NCBI GenBank assembly: GCA_030428125.1
Contig: JAUIBF010000003.1
Location: forward strand, 65,516-129,515
Reading direction: 5' to 3'
Length of the DNA: 64,000 nucleotides
Origin: a bacterium
GTDB lineage: Bacteria > Patescibacteriota > Saccharimonadia > Saccharimonadales > SZUA-47
Below are positions 1-8,493 of the stretch, in pieces. Position 1 is the first letter of the stretch, and every line of letters starts with the position of its first letter. The translations under genes and the position numbers were made by a program. The notes below the pieces were generated by a model, which worked only from the letters and a program-made list of their open reading frames with translations, was not told the origin of the DNA and made no database searches.

Positions 1-2
1 TA

Positions 3-497
3 GTTAAATTTTTCCACACCAAAAACAAGCAACCGATAAATATCGCAAAAATTGAATCATTATTCCGAGACCTACATAAAGATTACATACATGTCAGAAA
101 AAACTGGAAGGATTTGCGCTATCCATTCATGTGGACGATGGTGATGAACTTCACGGAAATTTTAACCATTTTCATCGTGTACTTATCTTTTGGAGAACTG
201 GTAAATCCCGGAGCTATAATTATCAGCTATGCTGTTGCTAACATGGCAGGACTTGTCGCTGTGTTGCCTGGTGGAGTAGGTGTTTACGAAGGATTAATGA
301 CAGCCGTGATGGCCAGTGCTGGCGTAAATAAAGTATTAGCCTTGTCCGCGACTGTTGTGTATCGAGTTCTGAATATGGCTCTATTTTTACCTCCAGGTTA
401 TTTCTTATACCAAAGAGCGCTGCGTGATATGGATGTAGAATCTGAAGATATTCCTGGAGTAGGCGAGGAGGAAGATGGAACCGATATTCTCAGTTAG
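3..497 (+). CDS. C-terminal part of a flippase-like / UPF0104 (lysyl-PG synthase TM region family) membrane protein; 5' end lies outside the window
   Basis: The frame is open from base 3, with no stop before the TTG listed at 114. It has hydrophobic helices, the family-typical LPGGVGVYEG motif and an acidic tail. Confidence 0.5.
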   Translation, partial: VKFFHTKNKQPINIAKIESLFRDLHKDYIHVRKNWKDLRYPFMWTMVMNFTEILTIFIVYLSFGELVNPGAIIISYAVANMAGLVAVLPGGVGVYEGLMTAVMASAGVNKVLALSATVVYRVLNMALFLPPGYFLYQRALRDMDVESEDIPGVGEEEDGTDILS

Positions 498-1584
498 TGA
501 AGCTGTAGCTGTAATCAATCAGACTTTCGATAATACTTATCCAACAATTACTGTCGTAGGTGAACTATCGCAGTTCAAAATCGCCAAAGAACGCTGGGTG
601 TATGCAGACATCAAAGATGACACTGCTAAGCTTAGACTTTTCGGGACCGTATACCAGTTACCAGCTCCGATGGAAGATGGAATGATGGTTGAGGTGATAG
701 CAGAGCCACGACTACATCCACAATTCGGCTTCAGCCTGAATATTCGAAACATTCGTCCTGTTGGTGAAGGAAGCATAAAGAAAGCATCGGACTTGCTGCT
801 AGCGAAACTCACAAAAGAAGGACTGTTTTCGGAAGAACGTAAAAGAACAGTCCCGTACGGTCCCGAACGGATTGGATTAATAGCCTCCGAAGAGTCTGCT
901 GCTTACAGCGATTTTATAAAGATTTTAAATACACGCTGGGTAGGAGTTGAAGTTGAGCTAGTAAACGTAACGGTGCAGGGCGAATCAGCTCCGCAATCAG
1001 TTATAGAGGGAATTAATCATTTTACCCAAGAGTCAGATCCACCAGAAGTATTAGTAATTATTCGTGGTGGTGGTAGTGCAGATGACCTGGCTGCGTTCAG
1101 TACTGAGCAGGTCACTCGTGCAGTCGCTGGCAGTAGGATACCGACAGTCGTGGCGATAGGTCACGAGAACGATACCGCCCTAGCAGAACTAGCAGCGGAC
1201 ATGCGCGCAAGCACACCCAGTAATGCTGCAGAACTATTGTTTCCAGATAAAAGGGAATACGCATCAAGACTTAGTCAAAATCTCAAGTCTCTTAAATCAG
1301 CTGTTGATTATGAGCTAGAAACTAGAAAAGAAGATTTGATTCAGAAAACAGATATGCTTAATCAATCGGCGTTAAACTATATAGAAAACAAGAAGCTGAA
1401 GCTAGAGAGCCTCGATAATTTACTAGAAAGTGTGCACCCTAAGGCGACCTTGAAGCGTGGCTACGCAATCGTTGAATCTGGGGGTAAGTTAATATCATCA
1501 GTCAAACAGGCTAAAAAAGGCGATAAGTTACATGTGACGCTAAAAGACGGCAAAGTAATAACTAATGTAGAAGAGGTACAATAA
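475..1584 (+). CDS. xseA: exodeoxyribonuclease VII large subunit
   Basis: 369 aa with an N-terminal OB-fold-like region (VVGELSQFK), a catalytic core (IIRGGGSADDL..GHENDT) and a coiled-coil tail. It is followed immediately by xseB. Confidence 0.9.
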   Translation: MEPIFSVSEAVAVINQTFDNTYPTITVVGELSQFKIAKERWVYADIKDDTAKLRLFGTVYQLPAPMEDGMMVEVIAEPRLHPQFGFSLNIRNIRPVGEGSIKKASDLLLAKLTKEGLFSEERKRTVPYGPERIGLIASEESAAYSDFIKILNTRWVGVEVELVNVTVQGESAPQSVIEGINHFTQESDPPEVLVIIRGGGSADDLAAFSTEQVTRAVAGSRIPTVVAIGHENDTALAELAADMRASTPSNAAELLFPDKREYASRLSQNLKSLKSAVDYELETRKEDLIQKTDMLNQSALNYIENKKLKLESLDNLLESVHPKATLKRGYAIVESGGKLISSVKQAKKGDKLHVTLKDGKVITNVEEVQ

Positions 1585-1588
1585 ACTT

Positions 1589-1777
1589 ATGAAAGAAAGA
1601 TCTTATAAGCAGCTTGAGGCAGAACTCGCTGAAGTACTAGATAGAGTAGAGCATGCCGACTATGATGAACTAGATGATTTGCTCGCAGATTACGATAAAG
1701 GCAAGAAGATAATTACTGAACTAGAAAAAAGATTAGATTCTGCAAAGAACACCATAAAGAAGGTCGGCAGTAAGTAG
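1589..1777 (+). CDS. xseB: exodeoxyribonuclease VII small subunit
   Basis: 62-aa helical acidic protein (YKQLEAELAEVLDRVE...) located 4 nt after xseA. Confidence 0.85.
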   Translation: MKERSYKQLEAELAEVLDRVEHADYDELDDLLADYDKGKKIITELEKRLDSAKNTIKKVGSK

Positions 1778-1781
1778 TTAG

Positions 1782-2465
1782 ATGGAAATCCTCTGGCTTA
1801 TAGGCATAATTGTAGTTTTGATGTTTTGTGGAGTTGTTGCTTTTGGTGCCCCTTTCTTGCCTACACTGTCAAAAAGAGTAGAAGATGCAGTTGAGCTTCT
1901 TGATTTAAAGCCCGGGCAAACATTGTTAGAACTAGGATCGGGTGACGGAAGATTACTCAAAGCTGTTGCAAAGAAAGGGGTGTATGCTATAGGTTATGAG
2001 CTAAATCCAATCCTTGTCGTATATACCTACCTGTCTACCTGGCGTTACCGTAAGTATGTGACTGTAAAATGTCGTAGTTATTGGCACATTAAATGGCCGC
2101 AAAGTGATGCCATGTATGTTTTTCTATTAAACCCATACATGAGCAAATTGCACAAAAAAGTTGTACAGTATCTAGACTATTCAGACGCGATTTCTCTACA
2201 GTCGGCAAAGCCACCTGCCAGAAACTCGCTCTTTGGTAATTTTCGTCGTTTTCTTTCCGATACTCAGGACAGAGTACGTTATGTACGCTTACTTCCGTTT
2301 CTCAAGAAAAACAACAAGAATCATACCAAGCAAGATGGTCTGTATGCTCAAAGGAAGTTTGCATCAAGTAGCAAAAGTAAATACAAGGTTGTGAGTTTCG
2401 CGTTCGAAATAACAGAGAAAAAGCCCGTTAAAACTAAAAATGGTATGTTTCTCTATAAATACTGA
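1782..2465 (+). CDS. membrane-anchored class I SAM-dependent methyltransferase with a basic internal insertion
   Basis: It has an N-terminal TM helix, a SAM motif I (LLELGSGDGRLL) and an acidic end of beta-2 (YELN). The C-terminal strand is VVSFAFEI..MFLYKY. A roughly 70-aa K/R/S-rich segment lies between them. Confidence 0.6.
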   Translation: MEILWLIGIIVVLMFCGVVAFGAPFLPTLSKRVEDAVELLDLKPGQTLLELGSGDGRLLKAVAKKGVYAIGYELNPILVVYTYLSTWRYRKYVTVKCRSYWHIKWPQSDAMYVFLLNPYMSKLHKKVVQYLDYSDAISLQSAKPPARNSLFGNFRRFLSDTQDRVRYVRLLPFLKKNNKNHTKQDGLYAQRKFASSSKSKYKVVSFAFEITEKKPVKTKNGMFLYKY

Positions 2466-2508
2466 CATCAAGCTGACTTGATAAAGAACATCGAAGTAAT
2501 ATATTATT

Positions 2509-3168
2509 ATGCTAATGATTAAGAAAAACGAACAGGGGAGCGTGTCCATTGTGCTAGCCATCGGGTTTGGTTTGTTGTTCGTAGTTACGAGCGCATTCGG
2601 GATCTGGGCATATACAGAACGACAAAGCTACAAAAACGATGTAGACGCTAAGATTGATGATGCCGTTGCTGTCGCCGTTCAGGCAGAATCAACCAGAAAA
2701 GACGCAGAGTTTGTAGAGAAGGAAAAATCTCCAGTCAGAAGTTACACTGGCCCAGAAGTATACGGAAACCTAACTTTTGACTACCCAAAGACATGGAGCG
2801 TCTATGTCGACGAAAACTCTAGTGGTACGGTTTTAGATTTTTATGCCTATCCCAAGATACTGCCTGAGTTTAATTCAGGGTTACCGTATGCTTTAAGAGT
2901 TAAAATTGTAGCCGGGGATTATGACGATCAGGTAGCAGCTATAAATACCCGGGTAGATAAAGGGCTTATGACATCATCTGCATTTCGACCAGAGAAAAAC
3001 GATAGCGTGCTTGGAATAAAAGGTGATGGAAATTTGGGTGAAGATAGGGAGGGAAGTGTTGTTTTGCTTCCTCTGAGAGACAGGACAATTAGTTTCGTGA
3101 CAGAGTCTCAAGAATTCGTAAATGACTTCAATAAATACGTACTGCCTAGCATTAATTATCAGCCATAA
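2509..3168 (+). CDS. hypothetical membrane-anchored extracytoplasmic protein
   Basis: Long ORF with a single N-terminal TM helix (VSIVLAIGFGLLFVVTSAFGIWAY). No family recognised. Confidence 0.5.
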   Translation: MLMIKKNEQGSVSIVLAIGFGLLFVVTSAFGIWAYTERQSYKNDVDAKIDDAVAVAVQAESTRKDAEFVEKEKSPVRSYTGPEVYGNLTFDYPKTWSVYVDENSSGTVLDFYAYPKILPEFNSGLPYALRVKIVAGDYDDQVAAINTRVDKGLMTSSAFRPEKNDSVLGIKGDGNLGEDREGSVVLLPLRDRTISFVTESQEFVNDFNKYVLPSINYQP

Positions 3169-3262
3169 AAACTATAAAAATACAAAAAAACGTAGTCAAA
3201 TCTGCACTATTTTATAGTTCGAACAATTGTTATACTGAATGTAATTCGGGGTAACAACAAAG

Positions 3263-3949
3263 ATGAAGCAAATTCAACACTCAATTGAGCCAGAGTCTAG
3301 ATTTGATGATTCAAAGCTAGTTTTTATGCTTGGTGAAGAGCTTAAAAAACCCCTGACAGCTATCAAAATATTGGCTGAAAGTTCAGGGGATAGTTCTGTG
3401 CAGTTAGAAGCACGAAAGGCGCTGCGTACCGTCGATAATGTGCTTTATTATCAACAAATAGCATCAAGGCAAACGCAGCTTAAGCTCACAACCGTTCATG
3501 CGGGTAGCACATTAACCAACGTTTCACATTCTCTAGTGCCACTTTCTTTAGAGAAAGGCTGCGAAACGGAGATTCAAATTCAATCCGGAATATCACCTGT
3601 ACATGCCGACCCGGGTATTTTAAAGTCGGGAATAGAAAGCCTCTGGCAGGCAGTAATTGGCATGACTTCCAAGCCGTCTACAGTTAGCTGGCAAGTTTAC
3701 AGGTCTCCTAAAGGCGTCAGGATTGTCGTCGTGAATAGTAGTCTGGACTTATCAAAAGTGAACTTAAGTACCGTAACAGTGGGCAAAGCATCTCAGCCTT
3801 TTAAAGGCGTTTCAGGTCCTGCCACAGACTTAGTAACAGCTCAAAGCTTATTTACTGCAATGGGAGCGAAATTATCCAAAGTCAGAAAAGACGGTCTAGA
3901 AGGCCTAGCAATTACTTTACCAGTAAGCATGCAGCTCGAGTTGGTTTAG
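3263..3949 (+). CDS. degenerate histidine-kinase-like protein (pseudokinase; H-box His replaced by Glu)
   Basis: The H-box-like MLGEELKKPLTAI stands where a kinase has SHELRTPLTAI. The N-box (SLWQAVIGMT), G1 (VVNSSLDL) and G2 (SGPATDLV) positions lack the ATP-binding Asn and Gly residues. No TM segment. Confidence 0.55.
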   Translation: MKQIQHSIEPESRFDDSKLVFMLGEELKKPLTAIKILAESSGDSSVQLEARKALRTVDNVLYYQQIASRQTQLKLTTVHAGSTLTNVSHSLVPLSLEKGCETEIQIQSGISPVHADPGILKSGIESLWQAVIGMTSKPSTVSWQVYRSPKGVRIVVVNSSLDLSKVNLSTVTVGKASQPFKGVSGPATDLVTAQSLFTAMGAKLSKVRKDGLEGLAITLPVSMQLELV

Positions 3950-3951
3950 CC

Positions 3952-4329
3952 ATGAAAAACGTACTTATTATTGAGCCCGATAGAACTATTGCCAAATGTA
4001 TTAAAGACGAGCTGGGGAAGAGGTCTATCAGTTCAAAAATGGTAAACAACGCAGCAGAAGCTATTACAGTTGCGGATGAGCAAAAACCAGACGCAGTAAT
4101 AACCGAACTATCACTTGCTGGACACAGTGGCACAGAGTTTATATATGAATTCAGGACATACGCTGATTGGCTGGAAATACCCCTGATAATCTATAGTTCA
4201 ATGAAAATTCCTGAACAGGTTGAAAATTCTAATGATTGGAAAAAGCTAAATATCTCAGGATTTTTTTATAAACCTGAAGAATCATTGGATCAGCTAGCTA
4301 ATTCGGTCGAATCTTTACTGGAAAGTTAA
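3952..4329 (+). CDS. receiver-domain-like protein with Glu at the phospho-acceptor position
   Basis: 125 aa with REC topology: VLIIEPD, PDAVITELSLAGHSG (canonical PDLVLLDLxMPGMDG), IIYSS and FFYKP (Lys retained). It starts 3 nt after the kinase-like ORF. Confidence 0.65.
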   Translation: MKNVLIIEPDRTIAKCIKDELGKRSISSKMVNNAAEAITVADEQKPDAVITELSLAGHSGTEFIYEFRTYADWLEIPLIIYSSMKIPEQVENSNDWKKLNISGFFYKPEESLDQLANSVESLLES

Positions 4330-4338
4330 GCTACAAAT

Positions 4339-5028
4339 ATGAAAACGCAGACTACGCAGGCGATAATCCTAAAGCGTCTGAACTTTTCAGAAGCTGACAG
4401 AATCCTAACTGTAATTACTCCAGATAAAGGCAGGTTGAGCTTGCTTGCTAAAGCTGTTCGTCGGCCAAAAAGTAAACTGGCAGGGGGCTTAGAGCTATTT
4501 TCTGTAAGCGACATTACTTATGTCGAGGGCAGGAGTGAGCTTAAAACTATAATCTCCACCAGGCTAAAAAATCATTATAGAAACATTGTTAGCGACGTAA
4601 ATAAAACTATGGCGATGTATGAGTACTTAAAAGTCCTCGATGAAATTACACAGCATGGGGTTGAAAATGGGCTGTTTGAAATTTTAAAAGAGGCCATGGC
4701 CTACCTAGACGAAGAAGACTCTAGCATTGCAATTGCTAATGCGTGGCTTGTAACAAAGCTACTTAAGTCAGACGGACGCTCTATTAATACTGAGAAACCT
4801 GCTAACTCTTCAAAATTTAGCGAGGAAGATGAGTATGAATTTTCGTATGATGATATGATTTTTATCAAAGTAAATCAAGGCGTGTTTACGCCCAATCACA
4901 TAAAGTTTTTGAGACTGGTTGAACGTTCCGACAGCCCAAAAAAATTACACATGATCAATGACTACGAGCATATATCAGCTAGTCTCAATACTATTTTTAG
5001 CAACTTACTAAAGATGCACAAGGCCTAA
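4339..5028 (+). CDS. recO: DNA repair protein RecO
   Basis: N-terminal OB fold with TQAIILKRLNFSEADRILTVITPDKGRLSLLAKAVRRPKSKLAG; 229 aa. Confidence 0.85.
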   Translation: MKTQTTQAIILKRLNFSEADRILTVITPDKGRLSLLAKAVRRPKSKLAGGLELFSVSDITYVEGRSELKTIISTRLKNHYRNIVSDVNKTMAMYEYLKVLDEITQHGVENGLFEILKEAMAYLDEEDSSIAIANAWLVTKLLKSDGRSINTEKPANSSKFSEEDEYEFSYDDMIFIKVNQGVFTPNHIKFLRLVERSDSPKKLHMINDYEHISASLNTIFSNLLKMHKA

Positions 5029-5082
5029 ATTTTATCTTGCTCAAGCTTGCATTAACGGATAATAAAGTTATATCTTAAATCG

Positions 5083-5895
5083 ATGCGCTTACCACACGAA
5101 ACGATGCCAATCGAGCTATCGTGTCACACCACCATAGGTAATACTAGACTAGTAGATCTTGCTGGTTTAACGACTGGTGTTGCTGAATGGCAACGTTATA
5201 GAACAACTCTTGAATTTAGTGAAGGTGTTAGAGTTGTTCCATTTTCGGGCGAGGAACTAATTGATGATATTGAATTTGATTTAGGCGATGAGCCGATTGA
5301 TGCGAGATTGAAGCAACGGTCCCTAGAGTTTGTGGCATCTGCTATATGTGAGTTTAATATGTGGTCAACTGCACGAAATATCCAAGTTGATGGTGATGGA
5401 GATAAATTATTTGAAGCAGAAAGGCTGGAAGAACCTCCAACAGAAGTTGTAACCATTAACGCAACTAACGGTGGTCAAACTACAAAGCTACATGTGTTTA
5501 ACTTTGGTGATAGATGTGATGACCTGGAGCTTGATAACCTAGAGTCGTTGGTTCGTCGTACGATAGCTCCGTTCAAGACCGGTGTTCCTGACGCTGACAG
5601 TTACCTTATGATGGTTGATACTCCAAGTGCCGAAAACAACTTCGCAAGGGGTCTGCATCCTTTCATGATGTCTAGAGGGTTTGCTCAATTACCTTTCAGG
5701 TACTTTGATGATGAGCCTGATTTACTGCAACAACAAATATATTCCATAATGTGCTCCGTTTTATTCAGAGATGCTGATAATAGTAGGCTCAACACAACAG
5801 AGGGAGAGCTGGAATCGTACCATTCAGTAGAACAGTACGGAGGCGAATGGGGTATGAGAGTCCCGTTAGCTGTTACTATAGAGCCAGTAGATTAA
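5083..5895 (+). CDS. hypothetical acidic cytoplasmic protein
   Basis: 270-aa ORF with coding-like composition. No motif recognised. Confidence 0.5.
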   Translation: MRLPHETMPIELSCHTTIGNTRLVDLAGLTTGVAEWQRYRTTLEFSEGVRVVPFSGEELIDDIEFDLGDEPIDARLKQRSLEFVASAICEFNMWSTARNIQVDGDGDKLFEAERLEEPPTEVVTINATNGGQTTKLHVFNFGDRCDDLELDNLESLVRRTIAPFKTGVPDADSYLMMVDTPSAENNFARGLHPFMMSRGFAQLPFRYFDDEPDLLQQQIYSIMCSVLFRDADNSRLNTTEGELESYHSVEQYGGEWGMRVPLAVTIEPVD

Positions 5896-5900
5896 CTAAA

Positions 5901-5929
5901 TTGACAAAAACGCTAATGTTTGCTATAAT
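5901..5929 (+). promoter_or_regulatory. near-consensus sigma70-type promoter (TTGACA-N17-TATAAT)
   Basis: TTGACA at 5901-5906 and TATAAT at 5924-5929. The GTG start at 5936 is only 6 nt downstream of the -10. Confidence 0.55.
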
Positions 5930-5935
5930 AACAGC

Positions 5936-6580
5936 GTGAACTATCAAGATAAAAATTTTCGTATGCAAACACAAGGCTCTCCACAAACGGGACCAGTAGA
6001 CGGTCCAATACCAGAATTGAGTATGACGGGTGGGGAACCACTACCTCCACTTTATGGGCAAGCTCCGGCCTCGGCCAACGAACCTATACCTGAGCTAAGC
6101 ATGACAGGGGGGCAGCCGTTACCACCTCTTTACCCTAACGGAGGTGTTAACTATGGTGGGCATGACAGGGCAGATTCACTGGAACGGACTTTTGAAAGCA
6201 CGACTGCTGCTAAAGCTGGTGTTGATTTGGGCGAAACTGCAGTTCCTGTAGAAGTCGGCCTAAATACAGACGGAAACATGCCAAAAGATTCTGGATACCT
6301 AGGAACACTAAATTTGCACGACGATACTCCCACAACCACGCCGAAAGAATATTCCCCTGAAACAACCACAACAACTCCACCTCCACCTCCGACCACGACA
6401 ACTCCACCTCCGACTACAACCACAACAACTCCACCTCCGACCACGACAACTCCTAAGGAAATGGATATTTTGCATGACTCTGATATGTTTGGTGGTGACG
6501 CTTCCGCTGTACCTCCTTCGCAACAGCCAGAAGGTCATAGAGACTTTATTGGCAGGCAAGATATTCCAGGTCGAGAATAG
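5936..6580 (+). CDS. Pro/Thr-rich low-complexity protein with an internal duplication
   Basis: PIPELSMTGG(E/Q)PLPPLY occurs twice, and there is a T4-6/P3-5 block (TTTTPPPPPTTTTPPPTTTTTTPPPTTTTP). No signal peptide. GTG start at 5936; the alternative ATG is at 5963. Confidence 0.5.
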   Translation: MNYQDKNFRMQTQGSPQTGPVDGPIPELSMTGGEPLPPLYGQAPASANEPIPELSMTGGQPLPPLYPNGGVNYGGHDRADSLERTFESTTAAKAGVDLGETAVPVEVGLNTDGNMPKDSGYLGTLNLHDDTPTTTPKEYSPETTTTTPPPPPTTTTPPPTTTTTTPPPTTTTPKEMDILHDSDMFGGDASAVPPSQQPEGHRDFIGRQDIPGRE

Positions 6581-6648
6581 GTATTATTACTAAAAATTTT
6601 TCCGGCAAACTAGATTTATAATCTGTTATTAGCGTATACTGTTTACAA

Positions 6649-7941
6649 ATGGCAGATAAAGATAAAGTTTCACTTGAAGACATTGTTAGTCTATGTAAAC
6701 GCCGGGGATTTATATTCCAGGGCTCTGAGGTATATGGTGGTCTAGCAGGCACGTGGGACTATGGCCCGCTTGGTGTGACTTTGAAGAAAAACTTGATGAA
6801 CTTATGGTGGAAGACTTTTGTCGAAGACCGCGATGACATGGTTGGTGTAGACGCTGCAATCTTGATGAATCCTAAAACTTGGCAGGCAAGTGGTCACGTC
6901 GATACTTTCACCGACCCATTAGTGGAATGTTCCAACTGCAAAGGCCGATTCCGCGAAGATAAAATTGACACTAGCAAATGTCCGGCTTGTGGAGAAAAAG
7001 ATTCATTTGGTGAAGCACGTCAGTTCAACTTGATGTTTGAAACTATTGCAGGGCCAGTTGCAGATGACGACAGCAAAGTTTATATCCGACCTGAAACAGC
7101 ACAAGGTATTTTCACGAACTTTAAAAATGTAGTCGACACACTTTATCCAGAAGTGCCATTTGGTATCGCTCAAGCCGGTAAAGCATTTCGTAATGAAATT
7201 AGTCCGCGAGATTTTGTATTCCGTTCTAGAGAATTTGAACAGATGGAAATCGAATACTTCATCAATGAGTCTGATTGGGAAAGGTTATTCGAGCAGTGGA
7301 GGGCGGACATCAAAGCTTTCTTGGCAGAAGCCGGTGTGAATGCTGAGCAAGTTCATGAACTCGAAGTCCCCGCAGATGACCTAGCACACTATTCGAAAAG
7401 AACAATTGACTATGAGTTCGAATATCCACACGGGAAAGATGAATTGCTGGGACTTGCATACCGAACAGATTTTGATTTAGGCAACATACAACGGGCAAGT
7501 GGAAAGAAAATGGAGTACCGACCTAAAGATGGTAGTCCGGCATTCGTACCACACGTGATAGAACCAAGTTTCGGGGTAGAGCGTCTAGTAATGGCAGTGC
7601 TTTGTAGTGCATATTCTGAAGATGAACAGAACGGTGAAAAACGAGTATATCTAAAGCTTCCTGAAAACATCGCACCAGTAAAATACTGCGTATCGCCATT
7701 ACTAAAAAATAAGACAGAACTGGTTGAAAAGGCACGAGAAGTATATACGAAGCTCCGAGAAAACAATTCAGTCATGTGGGATGACAACGGAAACATCGGT
7801 AAACGCTATCGCCGTCAGGATGAAATCGGAACCCCATACTGCGTAGTAATCGACTTTGACACATTAGAAGACGGCACTGTGACTGTAAGGGACCGTGACA
7901 CCACAGAACAAAAACGAGTAAAGATTGAAGACTTAATCTAG
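6649..7941 (+). CDS. glyQS: glycine--tRNA ligase (homodimeric class II type)
   Basis: RRGFIFQGSEVYGGLAGTWDYGPLG, RPETAQGIF, FRNEISPR and a C-terminal anticodon-binding domain; 430 aa. Confidence 0.93.
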   Translation: MADKDKVSLEDIVSLCKRRGFIFQGSEVYGGLAGTWDYGPLGVTLKKNLMNLWWKTFVEDRDDMVGVDAAILMNPKTWQASGHVDTFTDPLVECSNCKGRFREDKIDTSKCPACGEKDSFGEARQFNLMFETIAGPVADDDSKVYIRPETAQGIFTNFKNVVDTLYPEVPFGIAQAGKAFRNEISPRDFVFRSREFEQMEIEYFINESDWERLFEQWRADIKAFLAEAGVNAEQVHELEVPADDLAHYSKRTIDYEFEYPHGKDELLGLAYRTDFDLGNIQRASGKKMEYRPKDGSPAFVPHVIEPSFGVERLVMAVLCSAYSEDEQNGEKRVYLKLPENIAPVKYCVSPLLKNKTELVEKAREVYTKLRENNSVMWDDNGNIGKRYRRQDEIGTPYCVVIDFDTLEDGTVTVRDRDTTEQKRVKIEDLI

Positions 7942-8472
7942 ATGAAAGCATTGATACTCGTTGGGTCTAGTGATAAACAGTCACATTCGTTGGCCCTAGG
8001 AAATAAGATTGGTGAACTTCTGGAGTCGAAAGTTGACTCGGTAGAAGTAATGAACCTAGCAGATACGGAAATTCCACTCTATAACCGGGCGATTGAACGT
8101 GAAGCTAGCTATAGCAACAAAGTTAAAGAATTTTTAGAACAAAGCGTGGAAGCAGACATCATAGTTTGGGTAACACCTATCTATCACAACAGCTTTAGCG
8201 GGACACTGAAGAATGCACTCGACTGGCAACATAAAACAAAGTTTGATGGTAAGGTTCTAGGGCTAGCCAGCAACGGTGGCAATAGAAGCCCGCAAGCAGT
8301 CGATCAATTAATGTTAGTCGCTCGTTCGCAGGGTTACATTACAGTTCCAAAAAGGGTCTGTACACAAGAAAGTGACTATGACGAAAATCTAAACCTAACC
8401 GACGAAAATATTTTAAGCAGAACTAACGACTTCGTAGAACAATTAGTAAGTTTAGCAAACAAAATTAGATAA
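7942..8472 (+). CDS. NAD(P)H-dependent FMN reductase family flavoprotein
   Basis: Flavodoxin-like ILVGSS...TPIYHNSFSGTLKNALDW motif; 176 aa. Confidence 0.75.
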   Translation: MKALILVGSSDKQSHSLALGNKIGELLESKVDSVEVMNLADTEIPLYNRAIEREASYSNKVKEFLEQSVEADIIVWVTPIYHNSFSGTLKNALDWQHKTKFDGKVLGLASNGGNRSPQAVDQLMLVARSQGYITVPKRVCTQESDYDENLNLTDENILSRTNDFVEQLVSLANKIR

Positions 8473-8493
8473 AAATTTAACAGGTTAAAAACA

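Noticed and set aside
537-812. Antisense ORFs in the six-frame track that lie inside well-supported genes. Examples are 537-812, 7410-7796, 10032-10292, 11460-11774, 12179-12550, 22167-22607, 28508-29108, 36055-36627, 44341-44967 and 61709-62086.
   Set aside because: Each is fully embedded opposite a gene with clear family motifs. None has its own start context, and their compositions are typical of mirror-frame artefacts.
5908-5920. The 13-mer AAACGCTAATGTT is shared, in reverse complement, with 31686-31698 upstream of topA.
   Set aside because: Exact 13-mer pairs are expected by chance in 128 kb of two-strand sequence of this composition. Only the similarity between the 5901 and 17028 promoters is retained, as part of a finding.
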